DNA of 44,690 nt, taken from Candidatus Aenigmatarchaeota archaeon (GTDB lineage: Archaea; Aenigmatarchaeota; Aenigmatarchaeia; PWEA01). Under the pieces are notes generated by a model. That model was not told the origin of the DNA. It did not search any database and saw only the letters and a program-made list of their open reading frames with translations. Where the stretch lies: positions 1 through 44,690 of the forward strand of contig JBKHHH010000001.1 of assembly GCA_046539285.1 (NCBI GenBank). Reading direction: 5' to 3'. How positions within the stretch are numbered: position 1 is the first letter of the stretch; every line of letters starts with the position of its first letter. This document shows positions 17,937 through 25,920 of this stretch, in pieces. A program made the translations under genes and the position numbers.

Positions 17937-18131
17937 CTATTTCTTGAACTGCGAAGCCTTGGGCAACAGGTCGGAATGTGTCAGGAACAGACTGCGGCAA
18001 CAGTATCTCTCCAGGCCTAGGTCGTCCAGCACTTCTTTGGCGTCCTCGCCGTCTTCTGTTCTTTCCTTAAATTCTTCCCAGAGGTGACCGACCGGCTTTC
18101 CACAGGATATACATCTGACAGGTATGATCAT
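17937..18131 (-). CDS. rpoN: DNA-directed RNA polymerase subunit N
   Basis: MIIPVRCISCGKPVGHLWEEF...LGLERYCCRSLFLTH is the Rpb10/RpoN signature. The start is the ATG at 18131, 4 nt after the S9 stop; the track's longer ORF overlaps rps9. Confidence 0.9.
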   Translation of the reverse strand: MIIPVRCISCGKPVGHLWEEFKERTEDGEDAKEVLDDLGLERYCCRSLFLTHSDLLPKASQFKK

Positions 18132-18135
18132 CTTA

Positions 18136-18534
18136 TCATCTCTTGCTTCTCTGTTTGTGCTTTCTGGCTCCCTTTGAGGAGACAGATGGTTTGTGGGCTT
18201 CGGTGGTTCTCGGATCCCTGACAAGCATGTTTCTGTCGTATTCTTCCATCTTTTCCTTCAGTTCATCGTCCTCGGAAAATTCGACGAGGCCTCTGGCGAC
18301 AGCCTGTCGAATGGCTTCTGCTTGCCCCATCTTTCCGCCGCCCGAGACCTCGACATCTATATCAACCCTATCTCGAAGATCTCCGGCCAGAACCAGAGGT
18401 TCTTTTATCATTAATCTTTTCATTTCGTCCTGGTATGTTTTCAGGGGACGGGAGTTTATCTTTATCTTTCCGTCGCCTTCTTCCACGCGGGCTCGAGCCC
18501 GGGCTTCCTTTCTTTTTCCTCTTGTGTGAACCAT
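18136..18534 (-). CDS. rps9: 30S ribosomal protein S9 (uS9)
   Basis: 132 aa with GGGKMGQAEAIRQAVARGL and a C-terminal ...ARKHKQRSKR. Confidence 0.95.
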   Translation of the reverse strand: MVHTRGKRKEARARARVEEGDGKIKINSRPLKTYQDEMKRLMIKEPLVLAGDLRDRVDIDVEVSGGGKMGQAEAIRQAVARGLVEFSEDDELKEKMEEYDRNMLVRDPRTTEAHKPSVSSKGARKHKQRSKR

Positions 18535-18930
18535 TTAACCACCGATCCTTTTAGCTAAATCCTCCAGAGTTATATAATTGGTGTATACATCCTTTCTGTC
18601 CTTTGATATTTTTTCTCCGTCCTCGTCTTTCGGATTACCGCGGTGAACTTTCAGCCGTTTGAAGGCTTTCTTTCCTCGTGATTTCTTGACAGGGAGCATA
18701 CCCCTCACGGTTCTTCGAAGGATCGCTTCCGGTTTGCCGGGATAGTAGGGACCATGATGGGGATCACCCCTCTCCTTTCTTTTCCTATATTTTTCTACGG
18801 TCTTCTCAGGCTTCCCGGTGATTATCGCTTTCTCGGCGTTAACAACCTCTATCTCTTCGCCGTCTAGTAGTTTCTGGGCCAGTTCTGAGGCCAGCCTTCC
18901 GAGCACCTGATTTTCTGCGTTGACAATCAT
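18535..18930 (-). CDS. rpl13: 50S ribosomal protein L13 (uL13)
   Basis: MIVNAENQVLGRLASELAQKLL...RTVRGMLP is the uL13 signature. Confidence 0.95.
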   Translation of the reverse strand: MIVNAENQVLGRLASELAQKLLDGEEIEVVNAEKAIITGKPEKTVEKYRKRKERGDPHHGPYYPGKPEAILRRTVRGMLPVKKSRGKKAFKRLKVHRGNPKDEDGEKISKDRKDVYTNYITLEDLAKRIGG

Positions 18931-18938
18931 TCTTTCAC

Positions 18939-19289
18939 CTAAGCCATTATCTTTAGATCTTTACCCTGTGGATTTTTCTCCAGTATTTCTTCGATAGTCA
19001 TCGTCTCGCCTATGTTCTCAATCTCCTTTCGGGCCGATTTCGAAAAATCGAAAGCGGAGACCGTGATCTTTTTGTCAATTTTTCCGTAGCCGGTTACCTT
19101 GCCCGGCACAATTACCGTATCTCCGTCTTCAGTATGTCTGTCTAGGTCGGCCAGGTTGACTGGATTCTTTTTCCGGTTGGATTTTTTCAACATCTCGGCT
19201 ACGTCCTTCCAGATCGGTATACTTTCCTTTCTCGATTTCTCTTCCAATTTCTTGACCGTTCTCTTCAAAACCGGGTTTGTCTTTTCCAT
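18939..19289 (-). CDS. rpl18e: 50S ribosomal protein L18e
   Basis: 116 aa with TNPVLKRTVKKL...IWKDVAEML...VNLADLDRH...VIVPGKVTG, in the conserved position upstream of L13-S9-RpoN. Confidence 0.9.
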   Translation of the reverse strand: MEKTNPVLKRTVKKLEEKSRKESIPIWKDVAEMLKKSNRKKNPVNLADLDRHTEDGDTVIVPGKVTGYGKIDKKITVSAFDFSKSARKEIENIGETMTIEEILEKNPQGKDLKIMA

Positions 19290-19303
19290 TTTATCACGTT
19301 TTT

Positions 19304-19463
19304 TGGTGCGGGGGGCCGGATTCGAACCGACGAAGGCACTAAGCCACAGGATTTCTTATCATCATCCGCACCGGTAAGGTTCGGACCTCATCACTTAAGT
19401 ATCTAAACTTAAGTCCTGCACCTTTAGTCGTATGATTAACTTTGACCGCTTGGTTACCCCCGC
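19304..19463 (-). tRNA. tRNA-Leu(TAA) with two introns (about 18 nt in the D-loop, about 19423-19440; 55 nt at 37/38, 19353-19407), CCA encoded
   Basis: Minus strand reads GCGGGGG-TA-ACC-AAGCGGTCAAA[18]GGT-G-CAGGA-CTTAAG[55]A-TCCTG-TGGCTTAGTGCCTTC-GTCGG-TTCGAAT-CCGGC-CCCCCGC-A-CCA. The first nucleotide overlaps the rpoD TAG stop. Confidence 0.85.
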
Positions 19464-20242
19464 TACTCTAACTTCTCAACTACTTCATTGCTTTTCCTTT
19501 CTAAAATATCTGTTGTAATCTCCAGTATCTTCTTTGGCGTCAGACCACTGATCGATTCGAGGGAAAGGATGAACTTTTTGTCGTCGCCTTCCACTCCGAT
19601 CGCACCGTCCTTGCAGTTCTCTACACATTCCTTGCAGAGGGTGCAGTTCTCCAGTTCGTCTATCTTTAGTTTTCCGTTCTTTGCTGTAAATACGTTAGCG
19701 GGGCAGATCTCTACGCAGGTCTCTGCGTCGTCTACATTGTCCTGGTCTATAGTTATCTTTGGATAGTATTGATAAGATGTGACTGCGGCCTGATGCTTGC
19801 TGTGATCCTTGCCGGTGCTGACGATGGCCGTCGCTTCCAGTTCTACTTCCTGTCCTTCGTTGAGTTCGGTGATCGGTATCCCGTCATAGACCGGCTCCAC
19901 TGCGGCGCTCTCGCAGACCAGGTCGCCCGAGTAGACTTTGCCCGGACCTTCCTTTTGAAGTGTGAACTTGACCTGGCATTCGGCGCACCCTTCTTCGCAG
20001 TCACATTCTTCCTTCAGATTGTATTTATCGGGATCGAATTTCAGCGGTACCTGGCCCAGTCTCTGGGCCAGCATCTCGTCAAAGAGGGCTGAACCGTTTT
20101 TGTGAATGGCCACATCCTCTATCGCAAGGATAGGAACATGGTTCATAGAGGTTCTTCTTATCGCATTTGCAAAAGCAGGTGTGGATCCTTCGACTGAAAA
20201 CTTCAGTACCTTGTCTTCGTTTTTGATTATGTCTATTTTCAT
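19463..20242 (-). CDS. rpoD: DNA-directed RNA polymerase subunit D (with 4Fe-4S ferredoxin-like insertion)
   Basis: MKIDIIKNEDKVLKFSVEGSTPAFANAIRR matches RpoD N-termini. Cys clusters are CVEICPANVF and CTLCKECVENC. An alternative ATG at 20293 would overlap rps11 by 47 nt. Confidence 0.9.
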   Translation of the reverse strand: MKIDIIKNEDKVLKFSVEGSTPAFANAIRRTSMNHVPILAIEDVAIHKNGSALFDEMLAQRLGQVPLKFDPDKYNLKEECDCEEGCAECQVKFTLQKEGPGKVYSGDLVCESAAVEPVYDGIPITELNEGQEVELEATAIVSTGKDHSKHQAAVTSYQYYPKITIDQDNVDDAETCVEICPANVFTAKNGKLKIDELENCTLCKECVENCKDGAIGVEGDDKKFILSLESISGLTPKKILEITTDILERKSNEVVEKLE

Positions 20243-20246
20243 TTTA

Positions 20247-20630
20247 TCAAACTCTCTTGCCTCGTTTTCCACCGGGCTTTCTTGTTGAGTCATGTGGGAT
20301 CGGCGTCACGTCTTCGATCTTGCCGATTCTCATCCCGCTTCGGGCGATGGCCCGGATGGCTGGCTGTGCGCCCTGACCAGGGTTCTTGGAATTATGTCCG
20401 CCTGGTGCCCGGACACGGATATTGACCTTGTTGAAGCCTTTGTCCTTGGCCTCCTGGGCCGCCTTCTTTGCCGCCTGCATGGCGGTGAAAGATGTGCCCT
20501 TGTCCCTGTCTTTATCGGTGACCATCCCACCTGTGTGTCGGCTTATGGTTTCAGCACCCGTTATGTCTGTAATATGAATTATAGTGTTGTTCGAGGACGA
20601 ATAGATGTGGGCGATTCCTGTCTTGCTCAT
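20247..20630 (-). CDS. rps11: 30S ribosomal protein S11 (uS11)
   Basis: [21 protein letters not shown]...[27 protein letters not shown] is the uS11 signature. Confidence 0.95.
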   Translation of the reverse strand: MSKTGIAHIYSSSNNTIIHITDITGAETISRHTGGMVTDKDRDKGTSFTAMQAAKKAAQEAKDKGFNKVNIRVRAPGGHNSKNPGQGAQPAIRAIARSGMRIGKIEDVTPIPHDSTRKPGGKRGKRV

Positions 20631-21046
20631 CAGTTCTCCACCTCTGTTACCTTTTTATTTACCTCTATTTCGTTTTCCATCTCCTTGGGGACAAGAAAGG
20701 ACGGGGTCTCGATTCTTCTCCCGCCAATTCTCACGTGTCCGTGAACTATAAACTGTCGTGCTTGTTTTGCAGTCTGAACACCACTTAGCTTGGAAACGAC
20801 GGTCTGAAGCCTCCTCTCGAGGATATCTCTCAGCTCGATCTTAAGAACGTTGTCGAGGGATTCCTCGTCTATAAGGCCTAGATTCTTGCATTTCTCGAGT
20901 AGTTTTCCTTTTTCTTCTTCGTCTTCCTCCGCTTCGTCCTCTTCCGCTTGGTCGCCTTCCGCTTCCCTCTCGTCGTCGATGCGCTTTTCGTCCCACGGAA
21001 TCAGTGGTTTTTCGTATTTTTTACGCTGTTTTCTCGGATCTCCCAT
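20630..21046 (-). CDS. rps4: 30S ribosomal protein S4 (uS4), short form with acidic N-terminal insert
   Basis: Has [14 protein letters not shown] and the S4 domain (ERRLQTVV...[20 protein letters not shown]). Residues about 26-46 are poly-acidic. Confidence 0.9.
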   Translation of the reverse strand: MGDPRKQRKKYEKPLIPWDEKRIDDEREAEGDQAEEDEAEEDEEEKGKLLEKCKNLGLIDEESLDNVLKIELRDILERRLQTVVSKLSGVQTAKQARQFIVHGHVRIGGRRIETPSFLVPKEMENEIEVNKKVTEVEN

Positions 21047-21513
21047 TATTCTTCACCGCCGCTCTCTTTCTTTACTCTTTTTCTTGATACACCAACCGAA
21101 GATGTACCACGGAAACTTGATTTCGTTTTCTGTCCTCGGACAGGGAGCCCCTGTCTGTGTCTCATACCTCGGTAGGAACCGAGCTTCTTCATCCTGTCGA
21201 TATCCTGTCTGTGCTGGATGTCGAGATCGGTAGTTACCAGCAGCTTGTCTTCACCGTCCTCCGGTCCCTTACGTCTGTTAAGTATTTCGGCCGGAAGATC
21301 GTTGTTTTCGACTACGTTCTTTATCTTATCCAGGTCATCTTCGGAGAGGTCATTGGCTACCGTATCCCCGTCGATACCGGTTTTCTTCAGTATAGCTTTG
21401 ACTGTCGTGAAGCCTATACCCTTGACTTCACAGAGCCCGTTCTTTATCTTCTTGTCTCCGGTAATGTCAGTACCGAAGATCCTGATGATGCTGCTCTTTG
21501 TTTTTGCCATCAT
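21046..21513 (-). CDS. rps13: 30S ribosomal protein S13 (uS13)
   Basis: IRIFGTDITGDKKI...GIGFTTVKAIL...YRGMRHRQGLPVRGQKTK is the uS13 signature. Confidence 0.95.
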   Translation of the reverse strand: MMAKTKSSIIRIFGTDITGDKKIKNGLCEVKGIGFTTVKAILKKTGIDGDTVANDLSEDDLDKIKNVVENNDLPAEILNRRKGPEDGEDKLLVTTDLDIQHRQDIDRMKKLGSYRGMRHRQGLPVRGQKTKSSFRGTSSVGVSRKRVKKESGGEE

Positions 21514-21527
21514 AACACCTTTTGTAT

Positions 21528-21769
21528 TGGCGCCGGGAGAGGGACTTCCAGACCTTTAGATTGCCTAAAGACCCTTTGAACCCCCGTGTGCTTCGCCGCT
21601 GGACATGGTCGTGAGACCAAGCCGTCCTATGACGCACACCGGATCTCTTGTCACGTTTTCATCTACCGGCCGCGCTCTCGCGCTTCAGTATCATTAGATC
21701 CGGTTATTGAAAGGCAGAGCCCTTCAAATCTCAAGTCCGGCGCGTTGGACCTGACTTCGCTATCCCGGC
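21528..21769 (-). tRNA. tRNA-Ser(TGA) with three introns (85 nt at 37/38, 21645-21729; about 37 nt in the variable arm, 21596-21632; 30 nt in the T-loop, 21545-21574), CCA encoded
   Basis: Minus strand reads GCCGGGA-TA-GCG-AAGTCAGGTCCAA-CGC-G-CCGGA-CTTGAG[85]A-TCCGG-TGTGCG[37]CGAAGCACAC-GGGGG-TTCAAA[30]T-CCCTC-TCCCGGC-G-CCA. The exons are near-identical to tRNA-Ser(GGA) at 37082-37219. Confidence 0.85.
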
Positions 21770-21774
21770 TTTAA

Positions 21775-21951
21775 TCAGAAGCTTTCCGCTTCCTCCAACA
21801 ACATATTAGGTATGTCGTCTTCAACTGCAAACTTGAGCCGGCAGTTGTGACAAACTATTTTATTTTCATCCTTTTTAAGTTTTACATCGCCTTTACACTT
21901 CGGACAGGCCAGTACTTCCATCAGTCTTTCCGTGTTCTCAGGGCGGGACAT
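21775..21951 (-). CDS. Trm112-like zinc-ribbon protein (methyltransferase activator family)
   Basis: MSRPENTERLMEVLACPKCKGDVKL...IVCHNCRLKFAVEDDIPNMLLEEA matches the Trm112/DUF343 pattern. The track's TTG start at 22011 overlaps cbf5. Confidence 0.7.
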   Translation of the reverse strand: MSRPENTERLMEVLACPKCKGDVKLKKDENKIVCHNCRLKFAVEDDIPNMLLEEAESF

Positions 21952-22001
21952 CACAATGTATTTCAATACTAACCTTTTTAAAGCTTTTTGAATTCGGGAG
22001 G

Positions 22002-22961
22002 CTATTTCCAACCCTTCGGATAGGTACCTCGATCCATAATCACGTTTTTCAGTGAAACGGCCTTAGCGTCTTTTCTATCCCTCATTTCCTGGCCGGTCAT
22101 TTCCGCTACACCAATCGCGATCAGTTCTCCTTTCAGGGAGAGAATAGCTATCCGGTCTTCCTCTTCGATGTTTTTTTCGACATGGCAGAGCCCGCCGACT
22201 CCTAGAGGTGCTCCCTGGCAGAGGGACTCCACGGCCGTGTCCTTGACTGTAACTACCTTACAGGCTTCGGCGGTCATTTCCACGGGAAGAATGTCTTTTC
22301 GGATGTCGTCCTTTTTTCCTTCCTTGTAGAATACATAGTCATCCTTGAGGTCGTAGAGCGAAATAGCATCCTCAACGGAAAACGGTCCGATCCTTGTCCT
22401 TCTCAGTTCCTTCATATGGGCGCCTACACCGAGACTTTCGCCCAGGTCGTGGGCCAGTTTTCGTATATAGGTTCCGGCCTCGCAGCTCACTCTGATCAGC
22501 AACTTCTGCCCTTTCCTTTCCAGCAGTTTCAGTTCCTTGACCATTCTTTTTCTTTCCTGGCGCTTGACCGCGGATTTCTTCGGCGGAACCTGTTTTATTT
22601 CGCCACGGAACTCCTCCAGCCTCTCTTCTAGTTTTTCCTTCTCCACCTCTTCGTGAAGATAGATCACGGTTATGTATTCCTTGTCCAGACCCTTTAGGAC
22701 GGGCATTGCCTTGGTCGACTTGTTAAGTGCGATCAGAAGCAGGCCGCTGGTTTTGGGATCCAGAGTTCCGCTGTGACCGGCCTTGTCTATGTTCAGTATT
22801 CTTTTTACCCAGGCCGTTACCTGGTGAGAAGTAGGTCCCGATGGTTTGTCGAGGAGAACAAGACCGCGTTCGATCATCTCCTCCACGGATCTAGCTCCTG
22901 GATATTTACCGTATTGAGGATGAGAAATGTGCTCTGATTTGATAAAGAACTGTCTCTTCAT
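22002..22961 (-). CDS. cbf5: tRNA/rRNA pseudouridine synthase Cbf5 (TruB family + PUA domain)
   Basis: LLDKPSGPTSHQVTAWVKRIL...AGHSGTLDPKTSGLL is the TruB catalytic motif, with a C-terminal PUA-like region. The ATG at 22961 forms an ATGA overlap with the upstream gene. Confidence 0.9.
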   Translation of the reverse strand: MKRQFFIKSEHISHPQYGKYPGARSVEEMIERGLVLLDKPSGPTSHQVTAWVKRILNIDKAGHSGTLDPKTSGLLLIALNKSTKAMPVLKGLDKEYITVIYLHEEVEKEKLEERLEEFRGEIKQVPPKKSAVKRQERKRMVKELKLLERKGQKLLIRVSCEAGTYIRKLAHDLGESLGVGAHMKELRRTRIGPFSVEDAISLYDLKDDYVFYKEGKKDDIRKDILPVEMTAEACKVVTVKDTAVESLCQGAPLGVGGLCHVEKNIEEEDRIAILSLKGELIAIGVAEMTGQEMRDRKDAKAVSLKNVIMDRGTYPKGWK

Positions 22962-23596
22962 TGAACGACTCCCAGTAGTTTTCTGAAAACCTGTCCTGAA
23001 GCCAGTGCGATCAAGATGTACCAACCGAGCCAACCGAGACTGTTTCCGACCATCGGCAGTGAAAATGGAAGCATAACTGCTATTCTTTCTAGCTTAAGAA
23101 TTTTATCTTCCTCGTTGTAGTCACCTACCTCCAACTTCCAACTTTCCGTCTTGACGATATCACCTCTTTCATACTCCTTGCCGTCTATATTTACTCTAAC
23201 AGGACTTTCGTCCTCTAGTGTGGTCGGCAGTTCAGTTCCTTTATAGGACAGTGTATTGTTCTGATTGAAGTTAACCGTTGCCGGTGGGTACAGATTCGGG
23301 AATACGAACCAGAAAAGAGGTATGATCACGATGAAGGTTATTGCCATCGGTTTCAGCTGCATCTTCATCTGCTTTGACGAGTGCTTCATCATCTCGCTCA
23401 TATGTTCGTTGGCCTTGTCGTGTTTGCCGTCTTCCCTGGCCTTTTCTGCCTTCTCCTTCAGTTCGTCCATGTTTTCTTTGATCTTTTTGGCCCGTTTCTC
23501 GTCGGTAAAGACCTTGTAGATGGCAGAAATAACGAAGCTGATGGCCAGGGCTAATATTGCTACGCCGCAGACCGCGTCGGAAAATATGGCCAACAT
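22958..23596 (-). CDS. DUF106-type membrane protein (archaeal YidC/Oxa1/EMC3-like insertase family) with inserted soluble segment
   Basis: Has a TM helix, a K/E-rich coiled coil (EKRAKKIKENMDELKEKAEKA), MKMQLKPM, and two further TM helices. It sits in the conserved position just downstream of secY. An extra segment of about 75 aa lies between the last two helices. Confidence 0.7.
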   Translation of the reverse strand: MLAIFSDAVCGVAILALAISFVISAIYKVFTDEKRAKKIKENMDELKEKAEKAREDGKHDKANEHMSEMMKHSSKQMKMQLKPMAITFIVIIPLFWFVFPNLYPPATVNFNQNNTLSYKGTELPTTLEDESPVRVNIDGKEYERGDIVKTESWKLEVGDYNEEDKILKLERIAVMLPFSLPMVGNSLGWLGWYILIALASGQVFRKLLGVVQ

Positions 23597-23631
23597 ATAA
23601 ACTCACTTAGTTTTCATTCTTTTAAAAGCTA

Positions 23632-25047
23632 CTAGCTGCCCATGAACTTGCGCAGGGCAGGGTGCATGTCCTCCATGTGTTGCTGGGCCAGGTCTTCGTA
23701 TAGGTTGTAGATGATCATCGCTGCAAGGAGGATGCTGGTTCCGGAAGCGACGGATCCGAAGAAATCTGCAAAGATCGAAAGCAGTCCGATAAAGGCCCCG
23801 GAGAGTACGGCCAAGTAAGGAATGTATCTGTCGAGAATCCTTCTGATTATCCTTATATCTCTGCGGTAACCAGGCACGGAGAGTCCCATGTTGTGAATCC
23901 TTTCCGCTACAGTTTGCGAGTCCTGGCCCGAGGTTTTGGACCAGAAGACAGAAAAGATTACTGCTCCTATCACTATGGTTAGGGTGTACGGTATCCAGGC
24001 CCAGGTAAGTGACGGTGGTGTGGCACCGGTTAGGTGGCTGACAATCGTCTGGGAGAGAACACCTTGTCGTGGTGCCGTTACGGAGGGACTATATATCCAG
24101 TACATCAGGCCTGATGTCGGCTCGCCCTGTTGACTGAACTGTCCGAGGAGCGGCAGTCCTCTACGGGCCAGCATCTGACCCATGATATTCAGGTTAGCCA
24201 GGAAGGCCCGGACAAAAATCAGAGGAATTACACTTGTATAGAGGAAACGTAGCGGATAACGCTGTCCAAATCCTTTCACCTGTCCGAAGGCGAGCGGTAT
24301 CTCTACCTTCATCGAGTTGATATAGACAACAACAGCAAAGATTATGACTGTAAATATGACAGGTATCAGAACTGTGATCATGCCCATCAGGTCACCCTGG
24401 ATCAAAGTTTGGAATATCTGGAGTATGTAGCCTGCCGATGTCTCACCGGCTACGGGTAGACTTCCACCGGCCGTGAAGGGGTTGAATAGCTGCTGGACGA
24501 TCTGCATCGAGACGCCTCCGGCGATAAAGAGTGAAACGCCTGAACCGAAGCCCCACTTTGATATTATCTCGTCCATAAATACGATCAGTATACCACCGAG
24601 CGCGATCTGGATCATCATTGCCGGGGCAGCCAGAGACAGTCCGGCCTGAGCCGGGATCGCACCAAAGGAAACATAGGCTGTGGCCTGGACTATACAGAAG
24701 GTTATGGCCAGGAGCTTTTGGGTACCCATGAATTTCATCTTTCCCTCGTGGGTGTGTGTATCCCACTGCAGAATATCGCTTCCTATCAATAGTTGGAGGA
24801 TAATGGAACCGGTTACAATAGGACCGATACCTAGAGTAACAAGAGAACCGAATCTTGAGGCAAGAATCGTCTGAAGGAACTGGAATCTCTCCAGGCCCTG
24901 TGGCGAAACACCCCAGACCGTGATCTGACCCATTATAAAGTATATGATTAGAATAGTAGCCGTCCACTTCAGTTTGTCCTTGAAATTAAGCCTCTTCTCC
25001 GGCTCTTCGATACCCGGGATAAACTGGAGTAGATCAAGATATTTCAA
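23632..25047 (-). CDS. secY: Preprotein translocase subunit SecY
   Basis: 471 aa, about 10 TM segments, LASRFGSLVTLGIGPIVTGSIILQLL, in the conserved position after L15. The only in-frame start is the TTG at 25047, overlapping rpl15 by 14 nt. Confidence 0.95.
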   Translation of the reverse strand: MKYLDLLQFIPGIEEPEKRLNFKDKLKWTATILIIYFIMGQITVWGVSPQGLERFQFLQTILASRFGSLVTLGIGPIVTGSIILQLLIGSDILQWDTHTHEGKMKFMGTQKLLAITFCIVQATAYVSFGAIPAQAGLSLAAPAMMIQIALGGILIVFMDEIISKWGFGSGVSLFIAGGVSMQIVQQLFNPFTAGGSLPVAGETSAGYILQIFQTLIQGDLMGMITVLIPVIFTVIIFAVVVYINSMKVEIPLAFGQVKGFGQRYPLRFLYTSVIPLIFVRAFLANLNIMGQMLARRGLPLLGQFSQQGEPTSGLMYWIYSPSVTAPRQGVLSQTIVSHLTGATPPSLTWAWIPYTLTIVIGAVIFSVFWSKTSGQDSQTVAERIHNMGLSVPGYRRDIRIIRRILDRYIPYLAVLSGAFIGLLSIFADFFGSVASGTSILLAAMIIYNLYEDLAQQHMEDMHPALRKFMGS

Positions 25048-25462
25048 TTGCCTTTCCCTCAGCCTGTTCTATTTTTTCTTTAGCCTTCTTGGAGAATTCT
25101 TTCGCTTCTACGATCATAGGTTTGGTTGCCATGCCGGAACCTAGCAACTTGTCGTATCCCATCTGAGAAAGGTCGACCTTGATTTTACCGTCTTCTTTTT
25201 CGACCTCTTTTTCTGGTATGTTTTCGATTTTTTCTTCCAGTTCTTTCAAGTTTACCGTCTTCTTTTTCTCTACCGTTTTTTCCGGCCGCTTGAAGCCCTT
25301 GGCTGAGCCAAACCTTTCCGGCTCTTCTTTCATCAGTTTTATCTTTTTGTGCTTGTCTCTTCCGGCCTTGCCGCGGCCACCGCGCGAGCCAGCTCCTCTT
25401 CGTTTCTTTTTGGAGCCACCCCCGTGGGTGCCCGATCCTCGCTGTTTCTTTTTCTTTCCCAT
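25034..25462 (-). CDS. rpl15: 50S ribosomal protein L15 (uL15)
   Basis: MGKKKKQRGSGTHGGGSKKKRRGAGSRGGRGKAG is the uL15 N-terminus. Confidence 0.95.
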   Translation of the reverse strand: MGKKKKQRGSGTHGGGSKKKRRGAGSRGGRGKAGRDKHKKIKLMKEEPERFGSAKGFKRPEKTVEKKKTVNLKELEEKIENIPEKEVEKEDGKIKVDLSQMGYDKLLGSGMATKPMIVEAKEFSKKAKEKIEQAEGKAIEIS

Positions 25463-25470
25463 AATATCAC

Positions 25471-25920
25471 TTATACCATTTTTTTCAAGAGCTTCTTGAT
25501 TTCTTTGCCCCGGTAACCGGATTCTCCTTTGGGATATATTTTTTTGGTTTTGTTTTTAAATCCTCCCGATGGAGGCGAAAGTGGTATGGTTGGGTTAAGA
25601 TTAAATTTCTTCAACGATTTTTCTTCGAGAATCGCTTCGGCAAGATCCTCCGTTGAGTCCATTTCGTTTTCCTCGAGAAGTTCTTCTATATCTTTCCCTT
25701 CTTTATGCCTTGCTCTCTTTTCTATAATTTTAGCAAGCAGTTCCTTGTCTATTTCTCCCCAGGTGACGAAGTTCTGCACTCTGTTCAGCATCCCTTCGTA
25801 GCTGCTTTCCTCGGGAATTAACGTACAGTTGTACTTCTTTTTGAGATTTAGCATTTCTAAGGTATCAAGAATTTTCCTGTCCGTTCCTGGCGTTCCTCTT
25901 ATGCGAACAACAGCATACAT
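25471..25920 (-). CDS. rpl30: 50S ribosomal protein L30 (uL30)
   Basis: MYAVVRIRGTPGTDRKILDTLEMLNLKKKYNCTLIP is the uL30 signature. Confidence 0.9.
   Translation of the reverse strand: MYAVVRIRGTPGTDRKILDTLEMLNLKKKYNCTLIPEESSYEGMLNRVQNFVTWGEIDKELLAKIIEKRARHKEGKDIEELLEENEMDSTEDLAEAILEEKSLKKFNLNPTIPLSPPSGGFKNKTKKIYPKGESGYRGKEIKKLLKKMV

Noticed and set aside
19099-19377. Track ORF 19099..19377 (+).
   Set aside because: It is antisense to rpl18e and to the 3' half of tRNA-Leu. Its low-complexity Ser/Phe-rich composition is typical of shadow ORFs.
19353-19407. Possible box C/D sRNA inside the tRNA-Leu anticodon intron (GUGAUGA and AUGAUGA motifs). I also looked at AUGAUACUGA in the tRNA-Ser(UGA) intron.
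   Set aside because: No CUGA D or D' boxes occur at the required spacing of about 12 nt; only CCGA lies 3 nt after the first box. The C...D' guide spacing is therefore impossible, so the C/D sRNA call is unsupported. The motifs may still form a K-turn-like element, but I cannot show it.
21586-21774. Track ORF 21586..21774 (+).
   Set aside because: It lies entirely inside the triple-intron tRNA-Ser(UGA) gene on the opposite strand.
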